Below, piece after piece: positions 53,489 to 61,831 of a stretch of 64,000 nucleotides of DNA. The stretch lies in the IMG/VR virus record IMGVR_UViG_3300013121_000033, positions 96,001-160,000 of that record. One strand, written 5' to 3'. A program made the position numbers and the translations under genes. This stretch comes from a virus. Taxonomy: Duplodnaviria; Caudoviricetes. The first letter of the stretch is position 1, and each line of letters opens with the position of its first letter. Below the pieces are notes generated by a model. That model was given only the letters and a program-made list of their open reading frames with translations, was not told the origin of the DNA and did no database searches.

Positions 53489-55194
53489 GGGAACAGGTTG
53501 GGGTGGGCGGCGACTTCGTTGCCGTCGGTGACGGCGCAGTCGTTCGACACGAGCCGCGACAGGTACGTCCCGAACGTGCCGCCGCTGCGGGCGACGCCTG
53601 CGGCTTCGGCGAGTTCGTCGCGGGTGACGTAACGGGGATAGACGTCGACGAGGTGGTCGAACATGCGGAGCGCGCCGCCGGAGAACCTGGCACGCCAGAA
53701 GTCCTGTAGCTCGGCGGCGGACTTGGGGGGGCGTCGGCCGCCTGCGGCTTCGAGCCCGGCGTCGGTGATGTCGACCTTGTCGCCGTCGACGGTGACGTAG
53801 CCGCTCGTGCGGAGCCGCGACAGGTAGGTGCCGAACGTGCCGCCACGTTTCTTGAGCCCGGCTTGGGTGGCGAGTTGGCTGCGGGTGAGGCCGTTGGGCC
53901 ACTCGGCGAGCGCTGCGAGCATGCGGCCTTCGCCGCTCGATTCGTTGATGCGGGCGGGGGGCCGTTCCGCGGGGGCGGCGGGAACCGGTCGCGGCCGTGG
54001 CCGCGGCGGGGCAGACGCGGCTGGTGCGGTGGTGTGCTCATTGAGCTTGCCGAGCAGTCGGGTCGCTTCCACCTGTGCGTTCGCAGCTACCCCGACGGCG
54101 TCCTCTGCCGCCTTCGCTGCCGCTGCGGCGTAGTCGGAGGCCCTGGTGGCGCACTCCCGCAACTCGTCGGCAGCGATGGTGACCCAGTCGGGAACGACCT
54201 CTCGCACCTCGACCTCGGTGCTCGGGGCGGCGGCCGAGAGCAGCGCTTCGAGTTCGGCGACACGGCGTCGGAGCGCCTTCGGGTCGTCCTGTTCGGCTTC
54301 GGCTCGGACGTCGGACAGCAACGTCTCGATCTCGTCGAGGTCGATCTTCGCGGTTGACCGGGGCGCTGCCATCTTGCCGAGCGTCGGGGTCGCGCCCGAG
54401 TCGAACGTCGATCGGCGTCGCCACTGGACGCGGAACGAGCGGCCGAGGAACCCGGGTGACAGCACCCACGCTTCGCCGGGGGCGAGGGACGACAACGACG
54501 CCTTGACCTCGGTGCGGAACGCCGGGTCGTCGACCCAGTCGGAGACTGCGTTCTTGTCGTGCGGGGAGGTGGTGCGGTGCAGGATCAGCGTCTCGGTCTG
54601 TGAGAGCGCGTCTTTCGACACGGACGCGGACCGTTGGGTGACGAGCGTGACGCCGAGGCCGAAGCTGCGGCCCTGCTTGGCGAGCTTCGCGTACATGCCG
54701 ATCATCGCCGGGACTTCGCCGCCGCCGCGTTCGCGTTGCACCTGCGGAAGGAACTCTTCGGCTTCTTCGAGGAACAGGTGCAGCGGTTGGGGGGTGCGGT
54801 GGCGGATCAGCTTCCACAGTTCGCGTGCGAACGCGGTGACGAACCGGACCTGGTCGGCCTTCGTGTCGAAGTCGGAGACATCGAGGACGCAGGTCATGTT
54901 GCGTTCGACGACGAGACGGGCCATGAGCGGCCCGGCCGCGGGGGTGAGGGGGAGGTCGCCGTGGAGGCCGCCGAACACGGGGACGGGGAGGCCGGGGCGG
55001 TCGCCGTCGGAACGGATGCCGTGCCAGTCCCCCTTGGGGTCGATCGCGACCCACGGGATGCCAGCAGCGTGCATCTCTTCGGCGAGCACGACCGCGGTCG
55101 AGGACTTGCCAGCGCCGCGTTTCCCGAGGATGGCGAACGTCTCGGTGGCGGCCTCGTCGGGCAGTGTGAAGTCAGGGGCGACGTGGAGCGGCAT
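53485..55194 (-). CDS. HerA/DUF87-like P-loop ATPase with coiled coil and tandem C-terminal wHTH-like repeats
   Basis: GKRGAGKS, IDPKGD, LEEAEEF, VTQRSA; GGTFGTYLSRL x2. Confidence 0.85.
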   Translation of the reverse strand: MPLHVAPDFTLPDEAATETFAILGKRGAGKSSTAVVLAEEMHAAGIPWVAIDPKGDWHGIRSDGDRPGLPVPVFGGLHGDLPLTPAAGPLMARLVVERNMTCVLDVSDFDTKADQVRFVTAFARELWKLIRHRTPQPLHLFLEEAEEFLPQVQRERGGGEVPAMIGMYAKLAKQGRSFGLGVTLVTQRSASVSKDALSQTETLILHRTTSPHDKNAVSDWVDDPAFRTEVKASLSSLAPGEAWVLSPGFLGRSFRVQWRRRSTFDSGATPTLGKMAAPRSTAKIDLDEIETLLSDVRAEAEQDDPKALRRRVAELEALLSAAAPSTEVEVREVVPDWVTIAADELRECATRASDYAAAAAKAAEDAVGVAANAQVEATRLLGKLNEHTTAPAASAPPRPRPRPVPAAPAERPPARINESSGEGRMLAALAEWPNGLTRSQLATQAGLKKRGGTFGTYLSRLRTSGYVTVDGDKVDITDAGLEAAGGRRPPKSAAELQDFWRARFSGGALRMFDHLVDVYPRYVTRDELAEAAGVARSGGTFGTYLSRLVSNDCAVTDGNEVAAHPNLFP

Positions 55195-55300
55195 CACGAA
55201 CCTTGTGTTGGGCAACTATCTGGCGAGACGGTACCGGGGGGCTACTGGCCGGACGGGGATGGTGGATGGTGGACGGTCGGTGAACGAGTCGAGGGTCGCC

Positions 55301-55675
55301 TCATCGGCGGAGCCTCCACGAGCGTGGCGGGGCCATGGCCGCAGCGGCGACGGGCGACGGGCTGGTCGGCTTCGGCGGCCGAGACGGTTCGGGCATCGGG
55401 CCACGGGCCGCGAACTCGGTGATGGCAGCGTCGAGGCCCACGGTGTTCGCCGTGACGCAGAACCGGCATGCGCAGCCCTTGGTGTGGGTCGGGTAGCGGT
55501 TGCCGTGGCTGCGCATCACCTGCTTCGAGTGGCAGCCGTCTGTGCCGTCGTGGGGGACGCCGTAGTAGCCGTGACACGACACACACCAGTAGTGCGGGTC
55601 GTGCCACTCGCACTCCCAGGGGTAGACGGGTTCACCGGGATGGCACCGGTGCAACCCGTCGCTGTCGATCCTCAT
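55301..55675 (-). CDS. Cys/His-rich hypothetical protein
   Basis: Multiple CxxC/CxC/H motifs; ATGA coupling. Confidence 0.55.
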   Translation of the reverse strand: MRIDSDGLHRCHPGEPVYPWECEWHDPHYWCVSCHGYYGVPHDGTDGCHSKQVMRSHGNRYPTHTKGCACRFCVTANTVGLDAAITEFAARGPMPEPSRPPKPTSPSPVAAAAMAPPRSWRLRR

Positions 55676-55872
55676 GCCTCGACCACGGTGAGTTCCGCGG
55701 CGTTGACGTTGATCGTGGTGAACGAGCCGGGCTGGCCGGGCTCGGGGCGGATCGTGACGCACGCCTCTCCCCACGGGCACGGGGGGTGACCGCAGCGTCC
55801 GACGTGGACGACGGTCCCGGTGCGGCCCTTGTGGTGGGTGACGCGGCTACCAACGGTCGGTGTCGTCGCCAT
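55672..55872 (-). CDS. Small SH3-like hypothetical protein
   Basis: VGSRVTHHKGRTGTVV pattern. Confidence 0.55.
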   Translation of the reverse strand: MATTPTVGSRVTHHKGRTGTVVHVGRCGHPPCPWGEACVTIRPEPGQPGSFTTINVNAAELTVVEA

Positions 55873-56158
55873 GATGGGTCCCTTCGGTCGTGAGCGCCGC
55901 GACGGCGGCGTCGAGAGTTGGATAGGTGGTGTCGTCTCGTGACCAACCGTCGGGGTCGGGCCAGATGAGCATGTCGACGTCGCCGGAGGTGAGGACTGCG
56001 TGGGGGCCGTCCTCGCGGTCGACACCGATCGTGAGGCCCCAGCCGTCGGGAACGTCGACTGCGAGCACTGCGACCGCGATGTCGGCGATGAAAGGCAACA
56101 TGCCGTGGACCAGGTCCCGGTCTGTCACCTCGGTGGGGACTGCTTCGTCGTTGCCCAT
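55847..56158 (-). CDS. Hypothetical protein (MGND start)
   Basis: Follows promoter copy 6. Confidence 0.65.
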   Translation of the reverse strand: MGNDEAVPTEVTDRDLVHGMLPFIADIAVAVLAVDVPDGWGLTIGVDREDGPHAVLTSGDVDMLIWPDPDGWSRDDTTYPTLDAAVAALTTEGTHHGDDTDRW

Positions 56159-56196
56159 GGCCGCACCATACCCTCGTGTTGTTGCCACGTCAACGC
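56147..56196 (-). promoter_or_regulatory. Conserved promoter/operator, copy 6
   Basis: TTGACG-17-TATGGT-6-ATGGGCAACGAC. Confidence 0.8.
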
Positions 56197-56231
56197 TAAG
56201 GAGTGGGGGTGGCCGCGCCGATAGGAACGGC

Positions 56232-56387
56232 ATGGACAACGTGTCGAACCTTCACGAGGAAGCCAGGGCGCTCGGCGTCCTCGAATGGGCGAGGGACCTG
56301 TGTAACTGCGCTGTCGACGAGTGGGAGGGGTGTCTCCGGTTCGTCGTCGAAGCGGCCCGCCTGATCGCAGGTGATACCCTGCGGTGA
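56232..56387 (+). CDS. Small hypothetical protein (MDNV start)
   Basis: Divergent from promoter copy 6; starts ATGGACAAC. Confidence 0.45.
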   Translation: MDNVSNLHEEARALGVLEWARDLCNCAVDEWEGCLRFVVEAARLIAGDTLR

Positions 56388-56471
56388 ACTGCGGCGACCG
56401 CATCAACGGTCTCCGGCTGGATGGCGGCGTCTGCAAACGCCGCCATCCGCATTCTTGTGGGGGGAACGGTC

Positions 56472-56504
56472 ACGGCCCCCGGGTGTGAACACCGCGGGGG
56501 CCGT
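56472..56504. terminator. Strong GC hairpin between convergent genes
   Basis: ACGGCCCCCG-GGTGTGAACACC-GCGGGGGCCGT. Confidence 0.65.
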
Positions 56505-56540
56505 TCGCTGAACCCATCGCTGGGCAAGCGGCGACGGACG

Positions 56541-57986
56541 CTACTTCGTGAGTTCGCGCACCCAGGCGATGTCGAGCGAGTAGACGGCCTTGGGGTCCTG
56601 CTTCCACAGCGTCATCGGGAGTTCCTTCCCGACCGGGCACATGTAGCTCGGGGACGACCCGTCTTTCTGCTTGCCGTCGTAGTCGAGCAGCGGCTTACCG
56701 TCGACAACGGTTCGGGCTCGGGACTCGCCGCCGACCCACAGGTCAGCGCGCAGGTCAAACGCGTGAGCGTCGTCACCGGAGACGTACCACGGTGGGGTGG
56801 TGCGCCCCGGCGGCAACGTCTCTTCCCATGTGACGCAGAGGACACCGTCGAGGTAGTAGCGCACCCCGAGCTTCCACCCGGACGCGCCGACGGGGATGCG
56901 GTAGCGTTCGATTTCGCAGAGGTGCCAGCCGGAGTGCCCTGGGGTTGCGCCGTTCTCGGAGCCGTCAGAGAACGCATAGTCGGCGATCGACGCACGCGAC
57001 GTCGCCGCCTTCACCGGCCGTGGGGTTGTCTTGCGGTAGGCGATCGCCGACCGGACGCCGGAGGTGCCGTCGCCGGGACCGCGGACCAGGTTCTTGCCGT
57101 AGTGGTCGGGGCTGTGCACCTGGAAGCGTGTGCAGACCCCGTCAGCCTGGTCGGGGAACCGTTCGCAGCCGTCGAGTTCAAGTTTGGCTGCGGCACCGAG
57201 GTAGTTCATCCATACCGGGTCGGACCACAGCGCCCAGCCGCCCGGCGCACGGAAACACACTTGGGTGCGACCGAACAGTGGGAACCGGTCGGCTGCGCTC
57301 GATCCGATGCTCATGTAGGCGGACGAGTACGGGAACTTCCGCCCGGACGCGCTGGTCGGTTCGATCTTGGCTTGGAGGCGGAGCGCCCCGAGGGTCGAGT
57401 CCTCGTACACGTTGCGGGCGAGACTGATGCTCTCGGTGCCGTTCTGATAGTGGCCGTCGCGGGCGTTGACGCGGCGGGGAAGCGGGCGCCCCGAACCGAA
57501 GTCGAGGGTGAACAGTTCACGCCACCCGGAGGGGGCAGCGTTGGGGGGCGGCGCCTGGCCCGGGGTGGGGGCGGGCGCGACGATCTTGACCGTGAAGTGG
57601 TTCGACTTGGAGACACCGCGACCGTCGACGACCGTGACCGTGATGTCGTAGTCCCCGGGCGTGGTCGGCTTCCCGCCGACGACGCCCTCGACGATCGTGA
57701 GTCCAGGTGGGAGGCCCGACGCTGACCACTTGTAGGGGGCGGCTCCGCCCGTCGCTGTCAGCGGGACGGGCGAGTACGCCGCCCCGGCGACTCCGTCGCC
57801 GAAGTTCGCGTCGCTGATCGCGAGGGACTTGACTGCCGTGGCGGCGAAGGGACGGTCGGCTGGCAGGTCGATCTCGCCAGGTGAGCCGTCGGGCCTGCGC
57901 CACACGATCGCGAGGTCAGAGTTGTCGTCAAGGTCGAACACTGACCCGATGATCGTTCCGTCAGCGGCGGTCACCACGATGTCCAT
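56541..57986 (-). CDS. Putative Ig-domain + GH16-like glycoside hydrolase
   Basis: ATGGAAPYKWS..GLPPGL..GKPT.PG.Y (putative Ig repeat); GWRELFTLDF and ELDGCE (GH16 E-x-D-x-x-E catalytic motif). Confidence 0.7.
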   Translation of the reverse strand: MDIVVTAADGTIIGSVFDLDDNSDLAIVWRRPDGSPGEIDLPADRPFAATAVKSLAISDANFGDGVAGAAYSPVPLTATGGAAPYKWSASGLPPGLTIVEGVVGGKPTTPGDYDITVTVVDGRGVSKSNHFTVKIVAPAPTPGQAPPPNAAPSGWRELFTLDFGSGRPLPRRVNARDGHYQNGTESISLARNVYEDSTLGALRLQAKIEPTSASGRKFPYSSAYMSIGSSAADRFPLFGRTQVCFRAPGGWALWSDPVWMNYLGAAAKLELDGCERFPDQADGVCTRFQVHSPDHYGKNLVRGPGDGTSGVRSAIAYRKTTPRPVKAATSRASIADYAFSDGSENGATPGHSGWHLCEIERYRIPVGASGWKLGVRYYLDGVLCVTWEETLPPGRTTPPWYVSGDDAHAFDLRADLWVGGESRARTVVDGKPLLDYDGKQKDGSSPSYMCPVGKELPMTLWKQDPKAVYSLDIAWVRELTK

Positions 57987-58025
57987 GCCACCACCCTAGA
58001 GCGGTAGACGGCAGATGGCAGCGGA

Positions 58026-58322
58026 TCACCCGATGAGCGTCTGGTGTCGCCTGCGGCGGCTCACAGCGCGGAACGTGCGCGCCCGACGTACGAGCGCTCC
58101 GGAGACGAGGTGGCGGGTCACCGGTGACGGGGGGCGGACGTCGGCGAGCATGGCCGCGAAGTTCCACATCTGGTCGTCCCAGGTGGAGGTGGCGATCACC
58201 GCGGCGGCGTAGTCGTGGTCGGCGAGCGCTTCGGCGACGTCGGCGAGTGCTTCGGCCTTGGCGTGCCGGGCAGCTTCGATCTGTGCTTCCTTCACCATCT
58301 GCTCGCAGCGGTCGCTGTCCAT
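58026..58322 (-). CDS. Hypothetical protein (MDSD start)
   Basis: Follows promoter copy 7. Confidence 0.6.
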   Translation of the reverse strand: MDSDRCEQMVKEAQIEAARHAKAEALADVAEALADHDYAAAVIATSTWDDQMWNFAAMLADVRPPSPVTRHLVSGALVRRARTFRAVSRRRRHQTLIG

Positions 58323-58361
58323 GCCTTGCACCCTACCGCCACGTTGTCGTGGCGTCAACAC
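58311..58361 (-). promoter_or_regulatory. Conserved promoter/operator, copy 7
   Basis: TTGACG-17-TAGGGT-7-ATGGACAGCGAC. Confidence 0.8.
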
Positions 58362-58363
58362 AT

Positions 58364-58405
58364 GGCAGAGCCTCCGTCACCCCGTGGGGATCAGGAGGCT
58401 CTGCC
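58364..58405 (-). terminator. Hairpin downstream of tRNA-fMet
   Basis: GGCAGAGCCTCC...GGAGGCTCTGCC 12-bp perfect stem. Confidence 0.7.
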
Positions 58406-58449
58406 CGCCGTGTCTATTTGGTATGAGGATGGCAGGCGTTCCTGCCAAG

Positions 58450-58525
58450 TGGCACGAGGGGGATTCGAACCCCCGACCTCCGGGTTATGAGCCCGGCGAG
58501 CACAACCAGACTGCTCCATCGTGCT
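58450..58525 (-). tRNA. Initiator-type tRNA-fMet(CAT)
   Basis: CCGGG-CT-CAT-AA-CCCGG (three G-C pairs); 1:72 mismatch (A:C); TATCAT -10 just upstream. Confidence 0.9.
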
Positions 58526-58562
58526 CCGACGGATGATAGCGGTTCCGTCACTTCGTCACTCG

Positions 58563-59087
58563 TCATTTCCACTTCGGGGTGTTCAACTCCGCCATCCGGC
58601 CGAGACAGGCGCCTTGGCCGATCTGTGTCCAGGTGACCGGCCCGTACGTCGTGACCGGGGCGACGGCTCGGACGGCGCTGTCGGCGGCTTCGATGTCGTC
58701 GGGGATGCCCTCGAAGAGCCGGTAGTACCGGGCCGACACGATCTCCTGAACCCATGGTCCCGGTGGGTCGATCAGGCGGCGACCGGCTACTTCGATCGGT
58801 TCCACGATCGGGGTCGGCGGCCTGGCTTCGTAGTGCACCCAGAACCGCAGCGGTCGGTCCAGGTCCGTGATCCCGTTGTGGACGACCAGATCGTCGAGGT
58901 CATCGGCAGGGATACGGATGCCCCACACCTCTCCGGCGAGGTAGACGGGAAGGTCACCGGTCGGGGCGACGCCACGACAGACTCCACACGCGCCAACGGC
59001 GAGCGACGACGGGTCGGTGAACGCCAGGCTTGTGACCAGGCATGTGCACCGGTGGAACGGCACAGCGAGCCCGTACCTCGACTTCAT
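58563..59087 (-). CDS. Hypothetical protein
   Basis: TGATG-coupled to rtcB. Confidence 0.6.
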   Translation of the reverse strand: MKSRYGLAVPFHRCTCLVTSLAFTDPSSLAVGACGVCRGVAPTGDLPVYLAGEVWGIRIPADDLDDLVVHNGITDLDRPLRFWVHYEARPPTPIVEPIEVAGRRLIDPPGPWVQEIVSARYYRLFEGIPDDIEAADSAVRAVAPVTTYGPVTWTQIGQGACLGRMAELNTPKWK

Positions 59088-60253
59088 CAGGTCCCCTTGT
59101 AGTTGAGCAGAGCGGTGAGGCGGTGCAACGGGCGGACCAGGTCGGCCTGTGCGTCCATCACGTTCTCGATGTCCTTGTAGGCGCGGGGGTCCTCGTCGAT
59201 CAGCTTTGCAGCGTCGCTGTCGTTCCACGCCTTCCCGGCCATCGCGTCGCGCAACCCGTCGAGATCGAGGTTGCGGCGCGCCTGGTTGCGGGACATGCGA
59301 CGCCCGGCGCCGTGCGAGCACGACTCGTAGCTGGCCGGGTTCCCGAGCCCTTCGACGATGTAGCTCCCGGTCGCCATCGACCCGGGGATGATCCCGAGGT
59401 CGCCGACCCCGGCACGGATCGCGCCCTTCCTTGTGACCCACAGGTCGACACCGTGGTGGTGCTCGCGGGTGCAGTAGTTGTGGTGGCACTGGATCGTGCG
59501 GACGGGTTCGAAGTGGTAGCCGACCGCTCCGGCGACCTGAACGAGGACGGCGTCGAGCATCATCTGCCGGTTCAACGCGGCGTAGTCCTGCGCCCACAGC
59601 ATCGCCGCGATGTACGCGTCGAACTCCGGGGTGCCCTCTACGAGGTAAGCGAGGTCAGGGTCGGGGATGTCCGCGAGCGCAGCGCCCATCGCCCTCTCTG
59701 CGGCGGCGACGTGGACGTCTGCCAACTGCTTGCCAACCCCGCGGCTCCCCGAGTGCAGCACAACCCACACCCGGTTGCGTTCGTCGGCGCACACCTCAAC
59801 GAAGTGGTTGCCGGACCCGAGCGACCCGATCTGTGTGTCCATCGCCGTTTCCATCCGGTCGGTCATCCCCTCAGGGCGGCGGGCGAACAGGTCGGCAACT
59901 TCGGCGCTGTGGGTGCGCCGGTCGTGACCGCGGCCCGCCCCGGCAGGGACGACAGCGGCGATCGCCGAGTGGAGCTTCCCAAGGTCGTCGGGGAGCAGGT
60001 CCACCGTGAACGGACACTCGACGGCCCCCATCCCACATCCGATGTCGACGCCGACGGCGGACGGGATGACCGCGGCTTCGGTCGCGATGACCGATCCGAC
60101 GGTCGCGCCAAACCCGAAGTGTGCGTCGGGCATGAGCGCGATCGGTTCGTGGACCACGGGGAGTGACGCGCTGTCGGCGGCCTGGCCGATCGTCTTGTCG
60201 TCGAGGTCGGCTGCCCAGGAGAGGACGTTCGGGCGGATGAAGGTGGGGGCCAT
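59087..60253 (-). CDS. rtcB: RNA ligase RtcB
   Basis: MPDAH, VGVDIGCG, GSGNHF, HSGSRG, HHNY, RKGA, PGSM, SCSHGAGR, DEDPRAYK. Confidence 0.95.
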   Translation of the reverse strand: MAPTFIRPNVLSWAADLDDKTIGQAADSASLPVVHEPIALMPDAHFGFGATVGSVIATEAAVIPSAVGVDIGCGMGAVECPFTVDLLPDDLGKLHSAIAAVVPAGAGRGHDRRTHSAEVADLFARRPEGMTDRMETAMDTQIGSLGSGNHFVEVCADERNRVWVVLHSGSRGVGKQLADVHVAAAERAMGAALADIPDPDLAYLVEGTPEFDAYIAAMLWAQDYAALNRQMMLDAVLVQVAGAVGYHFEPVRTIQCHHNYCTREHHHGVDLWVTRKGAIRAGVGDLGIIPGSMATGSYIVEGLGNPASYESCSHGAGRRMSRNQARRNLDLDGLRDAMAGKAWNDSDAAKLIDEDPRAYKDIENVMDAQADLVRPLHRLTALLNYKGT

Positions 60254-60270
60254 CTGGCGAGCCTTGCAGG

Positions 60271-60852
60271 TCAGGTCGGTTCGGTTCCGAGTGATTTGAC
60301 GGTCGCGTGGACGGTCGTCATGTCGACTGTCCAGCGTGCCGGGGCGGTGGGGACGGTCCCGGGTTGCTCGGGGCGCCACACCCACGAGACGTTCTTGTGG
60401 GTGACGGTGGCGTCCGTGGATGCCGGGTCGTCCGGCGCGAACGAAGGACCGAACACGAGCGCGAGGCACGCTGCCTCTGTTTCGAGCGCGCCAGCCTGCG
60501 CTCTCGACGCGGCGAGGTGCGCGGTGAGCTTGGCGACCTGATCCGAGAGGTCCGCTACGACCGCTTCCGTTTCGGACGCCTTGATGCGCTCAGCCGCGAG
60601 GGCGCCGATCATCGCTTCGTACACGTCGTCGTACTCGGTGAGAGCACGGCGCATGGCGCCGATCAGCGCCTCTCTGTCGGCCACGAACCCGTTGCGGGCA
60701 ACGGTCGGCTTGTACCGCTCCCACAGCGTCAGCAGGGCGTACTTGAGGTCGCTACGGGCGTGGGCTTCCTCCGGGTTCTTCTCGGGGACCGCTGGTATCG
60801 CTGGCGCCTTGAACCCCGTACGAAGGACCGCTTTGACGTTGTCGTTGACCAT
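60271..60852 (-). CDS. Hypothetical coiled-coil protein (MVND start)
   Basis: Follows promoter copy 8. Confidence 0.7.
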   Translation of the reverse strand: MVNDNVKAVLRTGFKAPAIPAVPEKNPEEAHARSDLKYALLTLWERYKPTVARNGFVADREALIGAMRRALTEYDDVYEAMIGALAAERIKASETEAVVADLSDQVAKLTAHLAASRAQAGALETEAACLALVFGPSFAPDDPASTDATVTHKNVSWVWRPEQPGTVPTAPARWTVDMTTVHATVKSLGTEPT

Positions 60853-60890
60853 CGCACCAGCCTACCGCGGCGTTGACGTCACGTCAACGC
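60841..60890 (-). promoter_or_regulatory. Conserved promoter/operator, copy 8 (perfect palindrome)
   Basis: GCGTTGACGT-G-ACGTCAACGC; TTGACG-17-TAGGCT-6-ATGGTCAACGAC. Confidence 0.85.
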
Positions 60891-60943
60891 TCGGAAAGTG
60901 ATTGACGAGGGTTGGGGGAACCCGGCAAGGTGGATACCTCAAT

Positions 60944-61017
60944 GGGCCGGTAGCTCAAGTTGGTAGAGCACCTGCTTTGCAAGCAGACGGTTGTGGGTTC
61001 GAGGCCCATCTGGTCCA
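60944..61017 (+). tRNA. tRNA-Ala(TGC)
   Basis: G3:U70 pair; TT-TGC-AA loop. Confidence 0.9.
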
Positions 61018-61034
61018 CTAGCTAAGGAAACTTT

Positions 61035-61107
61035 GGGGTTGTAGCTCAGACGGTAGAGCGCTCGCCTGGCTTGCGAGAGGTCCCCGGTTCGACTCCGGGT
61101 AACTCCA
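61035..61107 (+). tRNA. tRNA-Ala(GGC)
   Basis: G3:U70 pair; CTCGC-CT-GGC-TT-GCGAG anticodon arm. Confidence 0.88.
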
Positions 61108-61108
61108 C

Positions 61109-61181
61109 GGACGTGTAGCTCAGCCGGTAGAGCAGCACCATGACAGGGTGAAGGCCCCCGGTTCGAACCCGGGCATGTCCA
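61109..61181 (+). tRNA. tRNA-Val(GAC)
   Basis: GCACC-AT-GAC-AG-GGTGA anticodon arm; A73. Confidence 0.88.
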
Positions 61182-61186
61182 CTCGC

Positions 61187-61261
61187 AGGCGCGTAGCTCA
61201 GATCGGCTAGAGCAGCACTCTCACATGGTGAAGGTCGACGGTTCGAATCCGTCCGTGCCTA
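61187..61261 (+). tRNA. tRNA-Val(CAC)
   Basis: GCACT-CT-CAC-AT-GGTGA anticodon arm; A73. Confidence 0.88.
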
Positions 61262-61831
61262 CTTGACGGCGGGAGATCGTCGTTCGTGCACGGTGTAGAA
61301 CTCGGACAGCGGGACGTTCGTCCACATCGACGCGTCGAACACGGTCGACGTGAACCCGGGGTGGGGGTTGGGGTTCTCGACGGTGGACCGGTCGCAACGC
61401 CACCGGCACCACAGGTACCCGTCGGAGTCGAACACCTCGGCGGGGTAGTGGATCGTGTAGGAGCCGTCGCGTCGACCGCTCGGAACCCACAACTCGTCGG
61501 GCATCCCGACGAGGTCACGGACCGATGGCCGGGGGGGCATGTCGCGGAGGCGCCGGTCGTTCGCCTTCCCCGTCTTGGTTCGACGGTCCGGGACGACGTA
61601 GTAGCTGCCGTCGGCGAGTGGTCCGGCGCGCCGCCACCCCTGCGGGATGGTGCCGTCGTCGGATGCAGGGAACCCTAGGAGGCGGTCGGCGCTGCGGGTG
61701 ATGCCGTCGGCGCCGACCTCGGCAGCCCATCCGAACGCTGCCTCGTTCCAAGCGTCGAGGTCGGCGTGGAGTTTCGCCCACCCGTCGAGTACGGCAGGGT
61801 GGTTCGACTTGTAGGCGCTGTCCTCGTTCAT
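61259..61831 (-). CDS. Hypothetical protein
   Basis: GGAGG RBS; ATGA coupling. Confidence 0.7.
   Translation of the reverse strand: MNEDSAYKSNHPAVLDGWAKLHADLDAWNEAAFGWAAEVGADGITRSADRLLGFPASDDGTIPQGWRRAGPLADGSYYVVPDRRTKTGKANDRRLRDMPPRPSVRDLVGMPDELWVPSGRRDGSYTIHYPAEVFDSDGYLWCRWRCDRSTVENPNPHPGFTSTVFDASMWTNVPLSEFYTVHERRSPAVK

Noticed and set aside
60895-60953. Possible leader peptide for the Ala/Val tRNA cluster
   Set aside because: The TTGACG promoter lies directly before the first tRNA; the only mini-ORF seen (GTG GAT ACC TCA ATG GGC CGG TAG) overlaps the tRNA and has no internal Ala/Val codons. The fMet tRNA also lacks a leader, so the leader model covers only two of four tRNA loci
24838-61261. 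Suppressor tRNAs or genetic code reassignment
   Set aside because: All 11 anticodons are sense; TAG and TGA terminate genes normally with typical start/stop overlaps
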